A stretch of DNA of 64,000 nucleotides, taken from Haplodiscus bocki (taxonomy: Eukaryota). The notes beneath the pieces were generated by a model. That model made no database searches. It saw only the letters and a list, made by a program, of their open reading frames with translations, and had not been told where the DNA came from. Made by a program: the position numbers and the translations under genes. The stretch is from contig OZ296651.1 of NCBI GenBank assembly GCA_965655095.1, positions 20,646,001-20,710,000 of the forward strand, in the 5' to 3' direction. Below are positions 1-15,000 of this stretch, piece by piece; within the stretch, counting starts at the first letter, position 1; each line of letters opens with the position of its first letter.

Positions 1-3000
1 AGCAACAAGTAAAGGGATCAATTTTTCATCGATCTTGTGTCAGGTACTTGTTCATTTTCATGTTGTTTACTGTGCAAACTTCTCAGACAATAGGTACCAG
101 AAAAGCATTAACATTAGGAAAAGTCATATCTCACATATGACTTTTAGAATGAGACTGTGTCAGGTACTTGTTCATGTTCCTGTTGTTCACTGCGAATTTC
201 ATAGACATCCGGAAGCGTGAAAAAGTAACATGAAAAGGGATATATGACTTATCATTTCGTGGTTGAGACTGCGTCAGGTTTTTGTTCATTTTCCTGTTGT
301 CTAGTGTAAAAAACTCTCTTACATTGAGCAACAAGAGTGAGTTACTTCAAATGGCGTATCTGATATATCAGTTTCCCAATGAGACTGTGACAGGTAAGGT
401 TCCTTTTTCTTGTTACTATTTTTGCAGTGCAAACTCCTGCTACATCTGACTTATCATTTCGTGACTGAGTCTGCGTCAGGTTTCTGTTCATTTTGCTGTT
501 GTCTAGTGTGCAAACTTCTGACACATTGGGCAACAAGAGTGAGTTACATCAAATGGCGTATCTGATATCTCAGTTTCCCAACGAGACTGTGACAGGTAAG
601 GTTCCATTTTCTTGTTAGTATTTTTGCAGTGCAAACACCTGTTACATTGCGCAGCAAAATGTAGCACCTTGAAAAAACATGCCTGATAAAGCAATTTTTT
701 GTTGACTGTCAAGTCTTCGGTCATCTTACTTTTTTTTATTGCACGAGCTTCTTAGACGTTGGGCAAGAGAAAAGAGTAAAACGACAAAACATACATATCT
801 GACATATCAATTTTTGAACGAGACTGTGTCAGGCATTTGTTCATTTTCCTGTTGTTTACTGTAGCAATCTTCTCAGACATTGGGCAACAAGAAGAAGAAA
901 CATGTAAAGACTTCAATATTTTAAGGATCTTGTCAGATACGTGTTCATTTTCCTGTTGTTTACGGTGCAAACTTCTCAGACATTAGGTACCAGAAAAGCA
1001 ATAACATTAAAAAAGTCATATCTGACGTATCATTTTTAGAATGAGACTGTGTCAGGTACTTGTTCATGTTCCTGTTGTTTACTGCGAACTTCATAGACAT
1101 CGGGAAGCATGAAAAAGTAACATGAAAAGGCATATCCGACCTATCATTTCGTGATAGAGACTGCATCAGGTTTTTGTTCATTTTCCTGTCGTCTACTGTG
1201 AAAACTTCTCAGATATCAGGCACTAAGTATGAGTTACTTCAAATGGCGTGTCTGATATATCAGTTTCCCAATGAGACTCTGTCAGGTAAAGTTTCTTTTT
1301 CTTGTTATTTACTGTGCAGTGCAAACTCCTTATACATTGCGCAGTAAAAAGTAGTACCTTGAAAAGACATGCCCGATGAACCATATTTTGATTAAGACTG
1401 TCAAGTATTCGGTCTTCTTCCTTTTCTTTATTGCGCAAGCTTCTTAGACGTTGACGAGAGAAAAGAGTAAAATGACAACAGTTAAATGACATATCGATTT
1501 GTGAATGAGACTTTGTCAGGCATTTGTTCATTTTCATGTTGTTTACTGTGCAAACTTCTCAGACAATAGGTACCAGAAAAGCATTAACATTAGGAAAAGT
1601 CATATCTCACATATGACATTTAGAATGAGACTGTGTCAGGTACTTGTTCATGTTCCTGTTGTTCACTGCTAATTTCATAGACATCCGGAAGCGTGAAAAA
1701 GTAACATGAAAAGGGATATATGACTTATCATTTCGTGGTTGAGACTGCGTAAGGTTTTTGTTCATTTTCCTGTTGTCTAGTGTAAAAAACTCTCACAGAT
1801 TGAGCAACAAGAGTGAGTTACTTCAAATGGCGTATCTGATATATCAGTTTCCCAATGAGACTGTGACAGGTAAGGTTCCTTTTTCTTGTTACTATTTTTG
1901 CAGTGCAAACTCCTGCTACATCTTATCATTTCGTGACTGAGACTGCGTCAGGTTTCTGTTCATTTTCCTGTTGTCTAGTGTGCAAACTTCTGACACATTG
2001 GGCAACAAGAGTGAGTTACATCAAATGGCGTATCTGATATCTCAGTTTCCCAACGAGACTGTGACAGGTAAGGTTCCATTTTCTTGTTAGTATTTTTGCA
2101 AAGCAAACACCTGTTACATTGCGCAGCAAAATGTAGTACCTTGAAAAAAGATGCCTGATAAAGCAATTTTTTGTTGAGACTGTCAAGTCTTCGGTCATCT
2201 TACTTTTTTTTATTGCACGAGCTTCTTAGTCGTTGGGCAAGAGAAAAGAGTAAAACGACAAAACATACATATATGACATATCAATTTTTGAACGAGACTG
2301 TGTCAGGCATTTGTTCAATTTCCTGTTGTCTACTGTGCAAACCTCTCAGACATTGGGCAACAGGAATGAGTTACTTCAAATGCCGTATCTGATATATCAT
2401 CAGTTTCCCAATGAGACTGTGTCAGGTAAGGTTTCACTTTCTTGTTATTTACTGTGCCGTGCGAACTCCTTATACATTGCGCAGCAAAAAGTAGTACCTT
2501 GAAAAGACATGCCCGATGAATCAATTTTTGATTGAGACTGTCAAATATTCGGTCAACTTCCTTTTCTTTATTGCGCGAGCTTTTTAGACGTTGGGCAAGA
2601 GAAGAGTAAAATGACAATACACAACTGACATCATTTTTTGAATGAGGCTGTGTCAGGCATTTGTTCATTTTCTTGTTTTTTACTGAACAAACTTCTCAGA
2701 CATCGAGCACCAGAAAAGCAATAACAATAAAGAAATCGTATCTAACATATCAATTTTAGAATGAGACTTTGTCATGTACTTGTTCATGTTCCTGTTGTTT
2801 ACTGCGATTTTCTTAGAATTTGAATAGTAGGAAAGATTTACTTGAAGAAGCATATGTGATATATCAGTTTCCCGATGAGATTGTGTCAGGTACTTGTTCT
2901 TTTTCCTCTTGTTTACTGTGCAAACTTCTCAGACATTACGTACCGGAAAACAATAACACTAAAAAAGTCATATCTCATGTATCACTTTCAGAATGAGACT

Positions 3001-6000
3001 GTGTCAGGTACTTGTTTAGTTTGCTGTTGTTTACTGCGAACTTCATAGACGTCCGGAAGCATGAAAAAGTAACATGAAAAGGCATATCTGACCTATCATT
3101 TCGTGATGGAGACTGCGTCATGTTTTTGTTCATTTTCCTGTTGTCTACTGTGAAAATTTCTCAGATATCGGGCACTAAGTACGAGTTACTTTAGAGGGCG
3201 TGTCTGATATATCAGTTTCCCCTTGAGACTGTGTCAGGTAAGGTTTCATTTTCTTGTTATTTACTGTGCAGTGCAAACTCCTTATACATTGCGCAGTAAA
3301 AAGTAGTACCTTGAAAAGACATGCCTGATGAACCAATTTCTGATTGAGACTGTAAAGTTATCGGTCGTCTTTATTTGCTTTATTGCGCTACCTTCTTAGA
3401 CCTTGGTCGAGAAAGGAGTAAAATGGCAAGACATATCTGACATATCAAGTTCTGAAAGAGACTTGTCAGGCATTTGTTTAATTTCCCGTTGTTTACTGGT
3501 CAAACTTCTCAGACATTGGGCAACAAGAAGGAGTAACATGTATTGACATCATTTTTTAATGATCTTGTGTCAGGTACTTGTTGATTTTCCTGTTGTTGAC
3601 TGCGAAATTCATAGACATCCGGAAGCATGAAAAAGTAACATGAAAAGGCATATCTGGCTTGTCATTTCGTCACTGAGACTGCGTCAGGTTTCTGTTGATT
3701 TTGTCCTGTTGTCTAATGTGCAAACTTCTCACACCTTGGGCAACAAGAGTGAGTTACTTCAAATGGCGTATCTGATATATCAGTTTCCCAATGAGACTGT
3801 GACAGGTAGGGTTCCACTTTCTTGTTACTATTTTTGCAGTGCAAACTCCTGTTACATTGCGCAGCAAATTGTAGTACCTTGAAAAAACATGCCTGGTAAA
3901 CCAATTTTTTGTTGAGACTGTCAAGTCTTCGGTCATCTTCCTTTTCTTTATTGCGCGAGCTTCTTAGACGTTGGGCAAGAGAAATGAGTATAATGACAAG
4001 ACATTTCTGCGATATCAATTTTAGAATGAGACTTTGTCATGTACTTTTTCATGTTCCTGTTGCTTACTGCGATTTTCTTAGACTTTGAATAGCAGGAAAG
4101 ATTTACTTGAAGAAGCATATGTGATATATCAGTTTCCCAATGAGATTGTGTCAGGTACTTGTTCTTGTTCTTTTTCCTCTTGTTTACTGTGCAAACTTCT
4201 CGGACATTAGGTACCAGAAAACAATAACTTTAAAAAAGTCATATCTCATGTATCACTTTTTGAAAGAGACTGTGTCAGGTACTTGTTTATGTTCCTCTTG
4301 TTTACTGCGAACTTCATAGACATCAGGAAGCATGAAAAAGTAACATGAAAAGGCATATCTGACCTATCATTTCGTGATAGAGATTACGTCAGGTTTTTGT
4401 TCTTTTTACTGTTGTCTACTGTGAAAACTTCTCAGATATCGGGCACTAAATATGAGTTACTTCAAATGGCGTGTCTGATATATCAGTTTCCAAATGAGAC
4501 TGTGTCAGATAAGGTTTCATTTTCTTGTTATTCACTGTGCAGTGCAAACTCCTTATACCTTGCGCAGTAAAAAGTAGTACCTTGAAAAGTCATGCCCGAT
4601 GAACCAATTTTTGATTAAGACTGTCAAGTATTCGGTCATCTTCCTTTTCTTTTTTGCGCAAATTTCTTAGACGTTGGGCGAGAGAAAGTAGTAAAATGAC
4701 AAGACATATCTGACATATCAAGTTCTGAATGAGGCTTGTCAGGCATTTTTTTAATTTCTTGTTGCTTACTGGTCAAACTTCTTAGACATTGGGGAACAAG
4801 AAGGAGTAACATGTAAAAACTTCAATATTTTAAGGATCTTGTCAGGCTTTTGTTCATTTTCCTGTTGTTTACTGTGCAAACTTCTCAGACATTAGGTACC
4901 AGAAAAGCATTAACATTAAAAAAATCATATCTGACGTATCAATTTTAGAATGAGACTGTGTCAGGTACTTGTTCATGTTCCTGTTGTTTACTGCGAACTG
5001 CATAGACGTCGGGAAGCATGAAAAAGTAACATGAGAAGGCATTTCTGATTTATAATTTCTTGATCGAGACTGCGTCAGGTATGTTGATTTTCTTTTTGTC
5101 TACTGTGCAAACTTCTCAGACATTGGGCAACAAGAATGAGTTACTTTAATTGGCGTATCTGATATATCAGTTTCCCAATGAGACTGTGTCAGGTAAGGCT
5201 TCATTTTCTTGTTATTTACTGTGCAGTGCAAACTCCTTATACATTGCACAGTAAAAAGTAGTACCTTGAAAAGACATGCCTGATGAACCAATTTCTGATT
5301 GAGGTTGTAAAGTAATCGGTCGTCTGTATTTCCTTTATTGCGCTACCTTCTTAGACATTGGTCAAGAGAAATTAGTAAAAAGACAAGACATGTCTGACAT
5401 ATCAAGTTCTGAATGAGGCTTGTCAAGCATTTGATTAATTTCCTGTTGCTTACTGGTCAAACTTCTCAGACATTGGGCAACAAGAAGGAAAAACATGTAT
5501 TGACATCAATATTTTAATGATCTTGTGTCAGGTACTTGTTGATTTTCCTGTTGTTTACTGCGATATTCATAGACATCGGGAAGCATGAAAAAGTAACATG
5601 AAAAGGCATATCTGACTTATCATTTCGTGATTGAGACTGCGTCAGGTTTCTGTTCTTTTTCCTGTTGTCTAGTGGGCAAACTTCTCACACATTGGGCAAC
5701 AAGAATGAGTTACTTCAAATGGCGTATCTGATATATCAGTTGCCCAATGAGACTGTGACAGGTAAGGTTTCATTTTCTTGTTACTATTTTGCAGTGCAAA
5801 CTCCTTTACAAAGCGGAGCAAAAGGTAGTACCTTGAAAAGACATGCCTGATAAACTATTTTTCTGTTGAGACTGTCAAGTATTCGGTCATCTTCCTTTTC
5901 TTTTTTGCGCAAGCTTCTTAGACGTTGGGCAAGAGAAAAGAGTAAAATGACCAGACATAACTGACATATCAATTTTTGAATGAGACTGTGTCAGGCATTT

Positions 6001-9000
6001 GTTCATTTTCGTGTTGTTTACAGTGCAGTCTTCTCAGACATTGGGCAACAAGAAGGAGTAACGTGTAAAGACTTCATTATTTTAACGATATTGTCAGGTA
6101 TTTGTTCATTTTCCTGTTGCTTACTGTGCAAACTTCTCAGACTTCGAGCACCAGAAAAGCAATAATATTAAAGAAATCATATCTAACATATCAATTTTAG
6201 AATGAGACTTTGTCATGTACTTGTTCATGTTCCTGTTGTTTACTGCGAACTTCATAGACATCGGGAAGCATGAAAAAGTAACATGAGAAGGCATTTCTGA
6301 TTTATCATTTCTTGATCGAGACTGCGTCAGGTTTCTGTTCCTTTTCCTGTTGTCTAGTGTGCAAACTTCTCACACATTGCGCAACAAGAGTGAGTTACTT
6401 CAAATGGCGTATCTGATATATCAGGTTCCCAATGATACTGTGTCAGGTGAGGTTTCATTTTCTTGTTATTTACTGTGCAATGCAAACTCCTTATACATTG
6501 CGCAGAAAAAGTTGTACCTTGAAAAGACATACCTAATCAACCATTTTTTCATTGAGACTGTCAAGTCTTTGGTCATCTTTCTTTCTTTCATTGCGCTAAC
6601 TTCTTAGACATTGGGCAAGAGAAAGGAGTAAAATGACAAGGTATATCTGACATATCAAATTTTGAATGACACTTGTCAGGCATTTGTTTAATTTCCTATT
6701 GTTTACTGGTCAAACTTCTCAGACATTGGGCAACAAGAATGAGTAACATGTAAAGGGATCAATTTTTCAATGATCTTGTGTCAGGTACCTAGTTTTTTTC
6801 CTGTTGCTAACTGGTCAAACTTCTCAGACATTGGGCAAGAAGAAGGAGTAACATGTATTGACATCATTTTTTTTAATGATCTTGTGTCAGGTACTTGTTG
6901 ATTTTTTTGTTGTTTACTGCGAAATTCATAGACATCCGGAAGCATGAAAAAGTAACATGAAGAGGCATATCTGACTTATCATTTCGTGACTGAGACTGCG
7001 TCAGGTTTCTGTTCCTTTTCCTGTTGTCTAGTGTTCAAACTTCTCACACATTGCGCAACAAGAGTGAGTTACTTCAAATGGCGTATCTGATATATCAGGT
7101 TCCCAATGATACTGTGTCAGGTAAGGTTTCATTTTCTTGTTATTTACTGTGCAGTGCAAACTCCTTATACATTGCGCAGTAAAAAGTACCTTGAAAAACA
7201 TGCCCGATGAAACAATTTTTGATTAAGACTGTCAAGTATTCGGTCATCTACCTTTTCTTTATTGCGCAAGCTTCTTAGACGTTGGGCAAGAGAAGAGTAA
7301 AATGACAATACATATCTGACATGTCATTTTTTGAATGAGACTGTGTCAGGCATTTGTTCATTTGCCTGTTGTTTATTGTACAAACTTCTCAGACATCGAG
7401 CAGCAGAAAAGCAATAACAATAAAGAAATCGTATCTAACATATCAATTTTAGAATGAGACTTCGTCAGGTACTTGTTCATGTTCCTGTTGTTTACTGCGA
7501 ACTTCATAGACGTCGGGAAGCATGAAAAAGTAACATGAGAAGGCATTTCTGATTTATAATTTCTTGATCGAGACTGCGTCAGGTATGTTGATTTTCTTTG
7601 TGTCTACTGTGCAAAATTCTCAGACATTGGGCAACAAGAATGAGTTACTTTAATTGGCGTTTCTGATATATCAGTTTCCCAATGAGACTGTGTCAGGTAA
7701 GGTTTCATTTTCTTGTTTTTTACTGTGCAGTGCAAACTCCTCATACATTGCGCAGTAAAAAGTAGTACCTTGAAAAGACATGCCCGATGACTCAATTTTT
7801 GATTAAGACTGTCAAGTATTCGGTCATCTTCTTTTTCTTTATTGTGCAAGCTTCTTAGACGTTGGGCAGGAGAAAAGAGTAAAATGACAACACAAAACTG
7901 ACATATCGATTTTTGAATGAGACTTTGTCAGGCATTTGTTCATTTTCCTGTTGTTTACTGCAGCAGTCTTCTCAGACATTGGGCAACAAGAAGGAGTAAC
8001 ATGTAAAGACTTCAATATTTTAACGATATTGTCAGGTACTTGTTCATTTTCCTGTTGTTTACTGTGCAAACTTCTCAGACTTCGAGCACCAGAAAAGCAA
8101 TAATATTAAAGAAATCATATCTAACATATCAATTTTAGAATGAGAGTTTGTCATGTACTTGTTCATGTTCCTGTTGTTTACTGCGAACTTCATAGACATC
8201 GGGAAGCATGAAAAAGTAACATGAAGAGGCATATCTGACTTATCATTTCGTGACTGAGACTGCGTCAGGTTTCTGTTCCTTTTCCTGTTGTCTAGTGTTC
8301 AAACTTCTCACACATTGCGCAACAAGAGTGAGTTACTTCAAATGGCGTATCTGATATATCAGGTTCCCAATGATACTGTGTCAGGTAAGGTTTCATTTTC
8401 TTGTTATTTACTGTGCAGTGCAAACTCCTTATACATTGCGCAGTAAAAAGTACCTTGAAAAACATGCCCGATGAAACAATTTTTGATTAAGACTGTCAAG
8501 TATTCGGTCATCTACCTTTTCTTTATTGCGCAAGCTTCTTAGACGTTGGGCAAGAGAAGAGTAAAATGACAATACATATCTGACATGTCAATTTTTGAAT
8601 GAGACTGTGTCAGGCATTTGTTCATTTGCCTGTTGTTTATTGTACAAACTTCTCAGACATCGAGCAGCAGAAAAGCAATAACAATAAAGAAATCGTATCT
8701 AACATATCAATTTTAGAATGAGACTTCGTCAGGTACTTGTTCATGTTCCTGTTGTTTACTGCGAACTTCATAGACGTCGGGAAGCATGAAAAAGTAACAT
8801 GAGAAGGCATTTCTGATTTATAATTTCTTGATCGAGACTGCTTCAGGTATGTTGATTTTCTTTGTGTCTACTGTGCAAAATTCTCAGACATTGGGCAACA
8901 AGAATGAGTTACTTTAATTGGCGTTTCTGATATATCAGTTTCCCAATGAGACTGTGTCAGGTAAGGTTTCATTTTCTTGTTTTTTACTGTGCAGTGCAAA

Positions 9001-12000
9001 CTCCTCATACATTGCGCAGTAAAAAGTAGTACCTTGAAAAGACATGCCCGATGACTCAATTTTTGATTAAGACTGTCAAGTATTCGGTCATCTTCTTTTT
9101 CTTTATTGTGCAAGCTTCTTAGACGTTGGGCAGGAGAAAAGAGTAAAATGACAACACAAAACTGACATATCGATTTTTGAATGAGACTTTGTCAGGCATT
9201 TGTTCATTTTCCTGTTGTTTACTGTAGCAGTCTTCTCAGACATTGGGCAACAAGAAGGAGTAACATGTAAAGACTTCAATATTTTAACGATATTGTCAGG
9301 TACTTGTTCATTTTCCTGTTGTTTACTGTGCAAACTTCTCAGACTTCGAGCACCAGAAAAGCAATAATATTAAAGAAATCATATCTAACATATCAATTTT
9401 AGAATGAGACTTTGTCATGTACTTGTTCATGTTCCTGTTGTTTACTGCGAACTTCATAGACATCGGGAAGCATGAAAAAGTAACATGAAGAGGCATATCT
9501 GATTTATCATTTCTTGATCGAGACTGCGTCAGGTTTCTGTTCCTTTTCCTGTTGTCTAGTGTGCAAACTTCTCACACATTGCGCAACAAGAGTGAGTTAC
9601 TTCAAATGGCGTATCTGATATATCAGGTTCCCAATGATACTGTGTCAGGTAAGGTTTTATTTTCTTGTTATTTACTGTGCAGTGCAAACTCCTGTTACAT
9701 TGCGCAGTAAAAAGTACCTTGAAAAACATGCCCGATGAAACAATTTTTGATTAAGACTGTCAAGTATTCGGTCATCTACCTTTTCTTTATTGCGCAAGCT
9801 TCTTAGACGTTGGGCAAGAGAAGAGTAAAATGACAATACATATCTGACATGTCAATTTTTGAAAGAGACTGTGTCAGGCATTTGTTCATTTGCCTGTTGT
9901 TTATTGTACAAACTTCTCAGACATCGAGCACCAGAAAAGCAATAACAATAAAGAAATCGTATCTAACATATCAATTTTAGAATGAGACTTTGTCAGGTAC
10001 TTGTTCATGTTCCTGTTGTTTACTGCGAATTTCATAGACGTCGGGAAGCATGAAAAAGTAACATGAGAAGGCATTTCTCATTTATAATTTCTTGATCGGG
10101 ACTGCGTCAGGTATGTTGATTTTCTTTTTGTCTACTGTGCAAACTTCTCAGACATTGGGCAACAAGAATGAGTTACTTTAATTGGCGTTTCTGATATATC
10201 AGTTTCCCAATGAGACTGTGTCAGGTAAGGTTTCATTTTCTTGTTTTTTACTGTGCAGTGCAAACTCCTTATACATTGCCCAGTAAAAAGTAGTACCTTC
10301 AAAAGACATGCCTGATGAACCAATTTCTGATTGAGACTGTAAAGTTATCGGTCGTCTTTATTTCCTTTATTGCGCTACCTTCTTAGACCTTGGTCGAGAA
10401 AGGAGTAAAATGGCAAGACATATTTGACATATCAAGTTCTGAAAGGGACTTGTCAGGCCTTTGACTACTTTCCTGTTGTTTACTGGTCAAACTTCTCAGA
10501 CATTGGACAACAAGAAAGAGTAACATGTAGAGACATCAATTTTTTAATGATCTTGTGTCAGGTACTTGTTGATTTTTTTGTTGTTTACTGCGAAATTCAT
10601 AGACATCCGGAAGCATGAAAAAGTAACATGAACAGGCATATCTGACTTATCATTTCGTGACTGAGACTGCGTCAGGTATGTTGATTTTCTTTTTGTCTGC
10701 TGTGCAAACTCCTCAGACATTGAGCAACAAGAAGGAGTAACATGTGAAGATATCAATTTTTTATTGATCTTGTGTCAGGTACTTGTTCATTTTCCTGTTG
10801 TTTACTGTGCAAACTTCTCAGACATTATGTACTAGAAGAGCATTAACGTTTGAAAAGTCATATCTCACGTATCACTTTCAGAATGAGACTGTGTCAGGTA
10901 CTTGTTCATGTTCCTGTTGTTTACTGCGAACTTCATACATCAGGAAGCATGAAAAAGTAACATGAGGAGGCATATCTGACTTATCATTTCGTGACTGAGA
11001 CTGCGTCAGGTTTCTGTTCCTTTTCCTGTTGTCTAGTGTGCAAACTTCTCACACATTGCGCAACAAGAGTGAGTTACTTCAAATGGCGTATCTGATGTAT
11101 CAGGTTCCCAATGAGACTGTGTCAGGTAAGGTTTCATTTTCTTGTTTTTTACTGTACAATGCAAACTCCTCATACATTGCGCAGTAAAAAGTAGTACCTT
11201 GAAAAGACATGCGCGATGACTCAATTTTTGATTAAGACTGTCAAGTATTCGGTCATCTTCTTTTTCTTTATTGCGCAAGCTTCTTAGACGTTGGGCAGGA
11301 GAAAAGAGTAAAATGACAACACAAAACTGACATATCGATTTTTGAATGAGACTTTGTCAGGCATTTGTTCATTTTCCTGTTGTTTACTGTAGCAATCTTC
11401 TCAGACATTGGGCAACAAGAAGGAGTAAAATGTAAAGACTTCAATATTTTAAGGATCTTGTCAGGCACTTGTTAATTTTCCTGTTCTTTACTGTGCAAAC
11501 TTCTCAGACATTAGGTACCAGAAAAGCATTAGCATTAAAAAAATCATATCTGACGTATCAATTTTAGAGTGAGACTGTGTCAGGTACTTGTTCACGTTCC
11601 TGTTGTTTACTGCGAAATTTAGAGACATCGGGAAGCATGAAAAAGTAGCATGAAAAGGCATATATGACTTATCATTTCGTGATTGAGACTGCGTCAGGTA
11701 TGTTGATTTTCTTTTCGTCTACTGTGCAAACTTCTCAGACATTGGGCAAAAAGAATGAGTTACTTTAAATGGCGTTTCTGGTATATCAGTTTCCCAATGA
11801 GACTGTGTCATGTAAGGTTTCTTTTTCTTGTTATTTACTGTGCAGTGCAAACTCCTTATACATTGCGCAGTAAAAAGTACATTGAAAAACATGCCCGATG
11901 AAACAATTTTTGATTAACACTGTCAAGTGTTCATTCATCTTCCTTTTCTTTATTGCGCAAGCTTCTCAGACGTTGGGCAAGAGAAAAAAGTAAAATGACA

Positions 12001-15000
12001 ACCCATAACTGACATATCGATACTTGAATGAGACTGTGTCAGGCATTTGTTCGTTTTCCTGTTGTTTACTGTAGCATTCTTCTCAGACATTGGGCAACAA
12101 GAAGGAGAAACATAAAAAGACTTCATTATTTTAAAGATCTTGTCAGGCACTTGTTCATTTTCCTGTTGTTTACTGTGCAAAATTATCAGACATTAGGTAC
12201 CAGAAAAGCATTAACATTAAAGAAGTCATATCTGACGTATCAATTTTAGAATGAGACTGTGTCAGGTACTTGTTCCTGTTCCTGTTGTTTACTGCGAACT
12301 TCATAGACATCGGGAAGCATGAAAAAGTTACATGAGAAGGCATTTCTGATTTATAATTTCTTGATCGAGACTGCGTCAGGTATGTTGATTTTCTTTTTGT
12401 CTACTGTGCAAACTTCTCAGACATTGGGCAACAAGAATGAGTTACTTTAATTGGCGTTTCTGATATATCAGTTTCCCAATGAGACTGTGTCAGGTAAGGT
12501 TTCATTTTCTTGTTTTTTACTGTGCAGTGCAGTACCTTCAAAAGACATGCCTGATGAATCAATTTCTGATTGAGACTGTAAAGTTATCGGTCGTCTTTAT
12601 TTCCTTTATTGCGCTACCTTCTTAGACCTTGGTCGAGAAAGGAGTAAAATGGCAAGACATATTTGACATATCAAGTTCTGAAAGGGACTTGTCAGGCCTT
12701 TGATTACTTTCCTGTTGTTTACTGGTCAAACTTCTCAGACATTGGGCAACAAGAAAGAGTAACATGTATTGACATCATTTTTTTAATGATCTTGTGTCAG
12801 GTACTTGTTGATTTTTTTGTTGTTTACTGCGAAATTCATAGACATCCGGAAGCATGAAAAAGTAACATGAACAGGCATATCTGACTTATCATTTCGTGAC
12901 TGAGACTGCGTCAGGTATGTTGATTTTCTTTTTGTCTGCTGTGCAAACTCCTCAGACATTGAGCAACAAGAAGGAGTAACATGAGAAGACATCAATTTTT
13001 TATTGATCTTGTGTCAGGTACTTGTTCATTTTCCTGTTGTTTACTGTGCAAACTTCTCAGACATTATGTACTAGAAGAGCATTAACGTTTGAAAAGTCAT
13101 ATCTCACGTATCACTTTCAGAATGAGACTGTGTCAGGTACTTGTTCATGTTCCTGTTGTTTACTGCGAACTTCATAGACATCAGGAAGCATGAAAAAGTA
13201 ACATGAAAAGGCATATCTGACCTATCATTTCGTGATAGAGATTGCGTCAGGTTTTTGTTCATTTTCCTGTTGTCTACTGTGGAAACTTCTCAGATATCGG
13301 GCACTAAGTATGAGTTACTTCAAATGGCGTGTCTGATATATCAGTTTCCCAATGAGACTGTGTCAGGTAAAGTTTCATTTTCTTGTTTTTTACTGTGCAG
13401 TGCAAACTCCTTATGCATTGTGCAGTAAAAAGTAGTACCTTGAAAAGACATGCCTGATGAACCAATTTCTGATTAAGACTGTCAAGTATTCGGTCATCTT
13501 CTTTTTCTTTATTGCGCAAGCTTCTTAGACGTTGGGCAGGAGAAAAGAGTAAAATGACAACACAAAACTGACATATCGATTTTTGACTGAGACTTTGTCA
13601 GGCATTTGTTCATTTTCCTGTTGTTTACTGTAGCAATCTTCTCAGACATTGGGCAACAAGAAGGAGTAACATGTAAAGACTTCAATATTTTAAGGATCAT
13701 GTCAGGCACTTGTTCATTTTCCTGTTCTTTACTGTGCAAACTTCTCAGACATTAGGTACCAGAAAAGCATTAACATTAAAAAAATCATATCTGACGTATC
13801 AATTTTAGAATGAGACTGTGTCAGGTACTTGTTCACGTTCCTGTTGTTTACTGCGAAATTTAGAGACATCGGGAAGCATGAAAAAGTAGCATGAAAAGGC
13901 ATATATGACTTATCATTTCGTGATTGAGACTGCGTCAGGTATGTTGATTTTCTTTTCGTCTACTGTGCAAACTTCTCAGACATTGGGCAAAAAGAATGAG
14001 TTACTTTAAATGGCGTTTCTGATATATCAGTTTCCCAATGAGACTGTGTCATGTAAGGTTTCTTTTTCTTGTTATTTACTGTGCAGTGCAAACTCCTTAT
14101 ACACTGCGCAGTAAAAAGTACCTTGAAAAACATGCCCGATGAAACAATTTTTGATTAAGACTGTCAAGTGTTCGGTCATCTTCCTTTTCTTTATTGCGCA
14201 AGCTTCTCAGACGTTGGGCAAGAGAAAAAAGTAAAATGACAACCCTTAACTGACATATTGATACTTGAATGAGACTGTGTCAGGCATTTGTTCGTTTTCC
14301 TGTTGTTTACTGTAGCAATCTTCTCAGACATTGGGCAACAAGAAGGAGAAACATGTAAAGACTTCAATATTTTAAGGATCTTGTCAGGCACTTGTTGATT
14401 TTCCTGTTGTTTACTGTGCAAACTTCTCAGACATTAGGTACCAGAAAAGCATTAACATTAAAGAAATCTTATCTGACGTATCAATTTTAGAATGAGACTG
14501 TGTCAGGTACTTGTTCATGTTCCTGTTGTTTACTGCGAACTTCATAGACATCGGGAAGCATGAAAAAGTAACATGAGAAGGCATTTCTGATTTATCCTTT
14601 CTTGATCGAGTCTGCGTCAGGTATGTTGATTTTCGTTTTGACTGCTGTGCAAACTTCTCAGACATTGGGCAACAAGAATGAGTTACTTCAAATGGCGTTT
14701 CTGATATATCAGTTTCCCAATGGGACTGTGTCAGGTAAGGTTTCATTTTCTTGTTTTTTACTGTGCAGTGCAAACTCCTTATACATTGCCCAGTAAAAAG
14801 TAGTACCTTCAAAAGACATGCCTGATGAACCAATTTCTGATTGAGACTGTAAAGTTATCGGTCGTCTTTATTTCCTTTATTGCGCTACCTTCTTAGACCT
14901 TGGTCGAGAAAGGAGTAAAATGGCAAGACATATTTGACATATCAAGTTCTGAAAGGGACTTGTCAGGCCTTTGATTACTTTCCTGTTGTTTACTGGTCAA

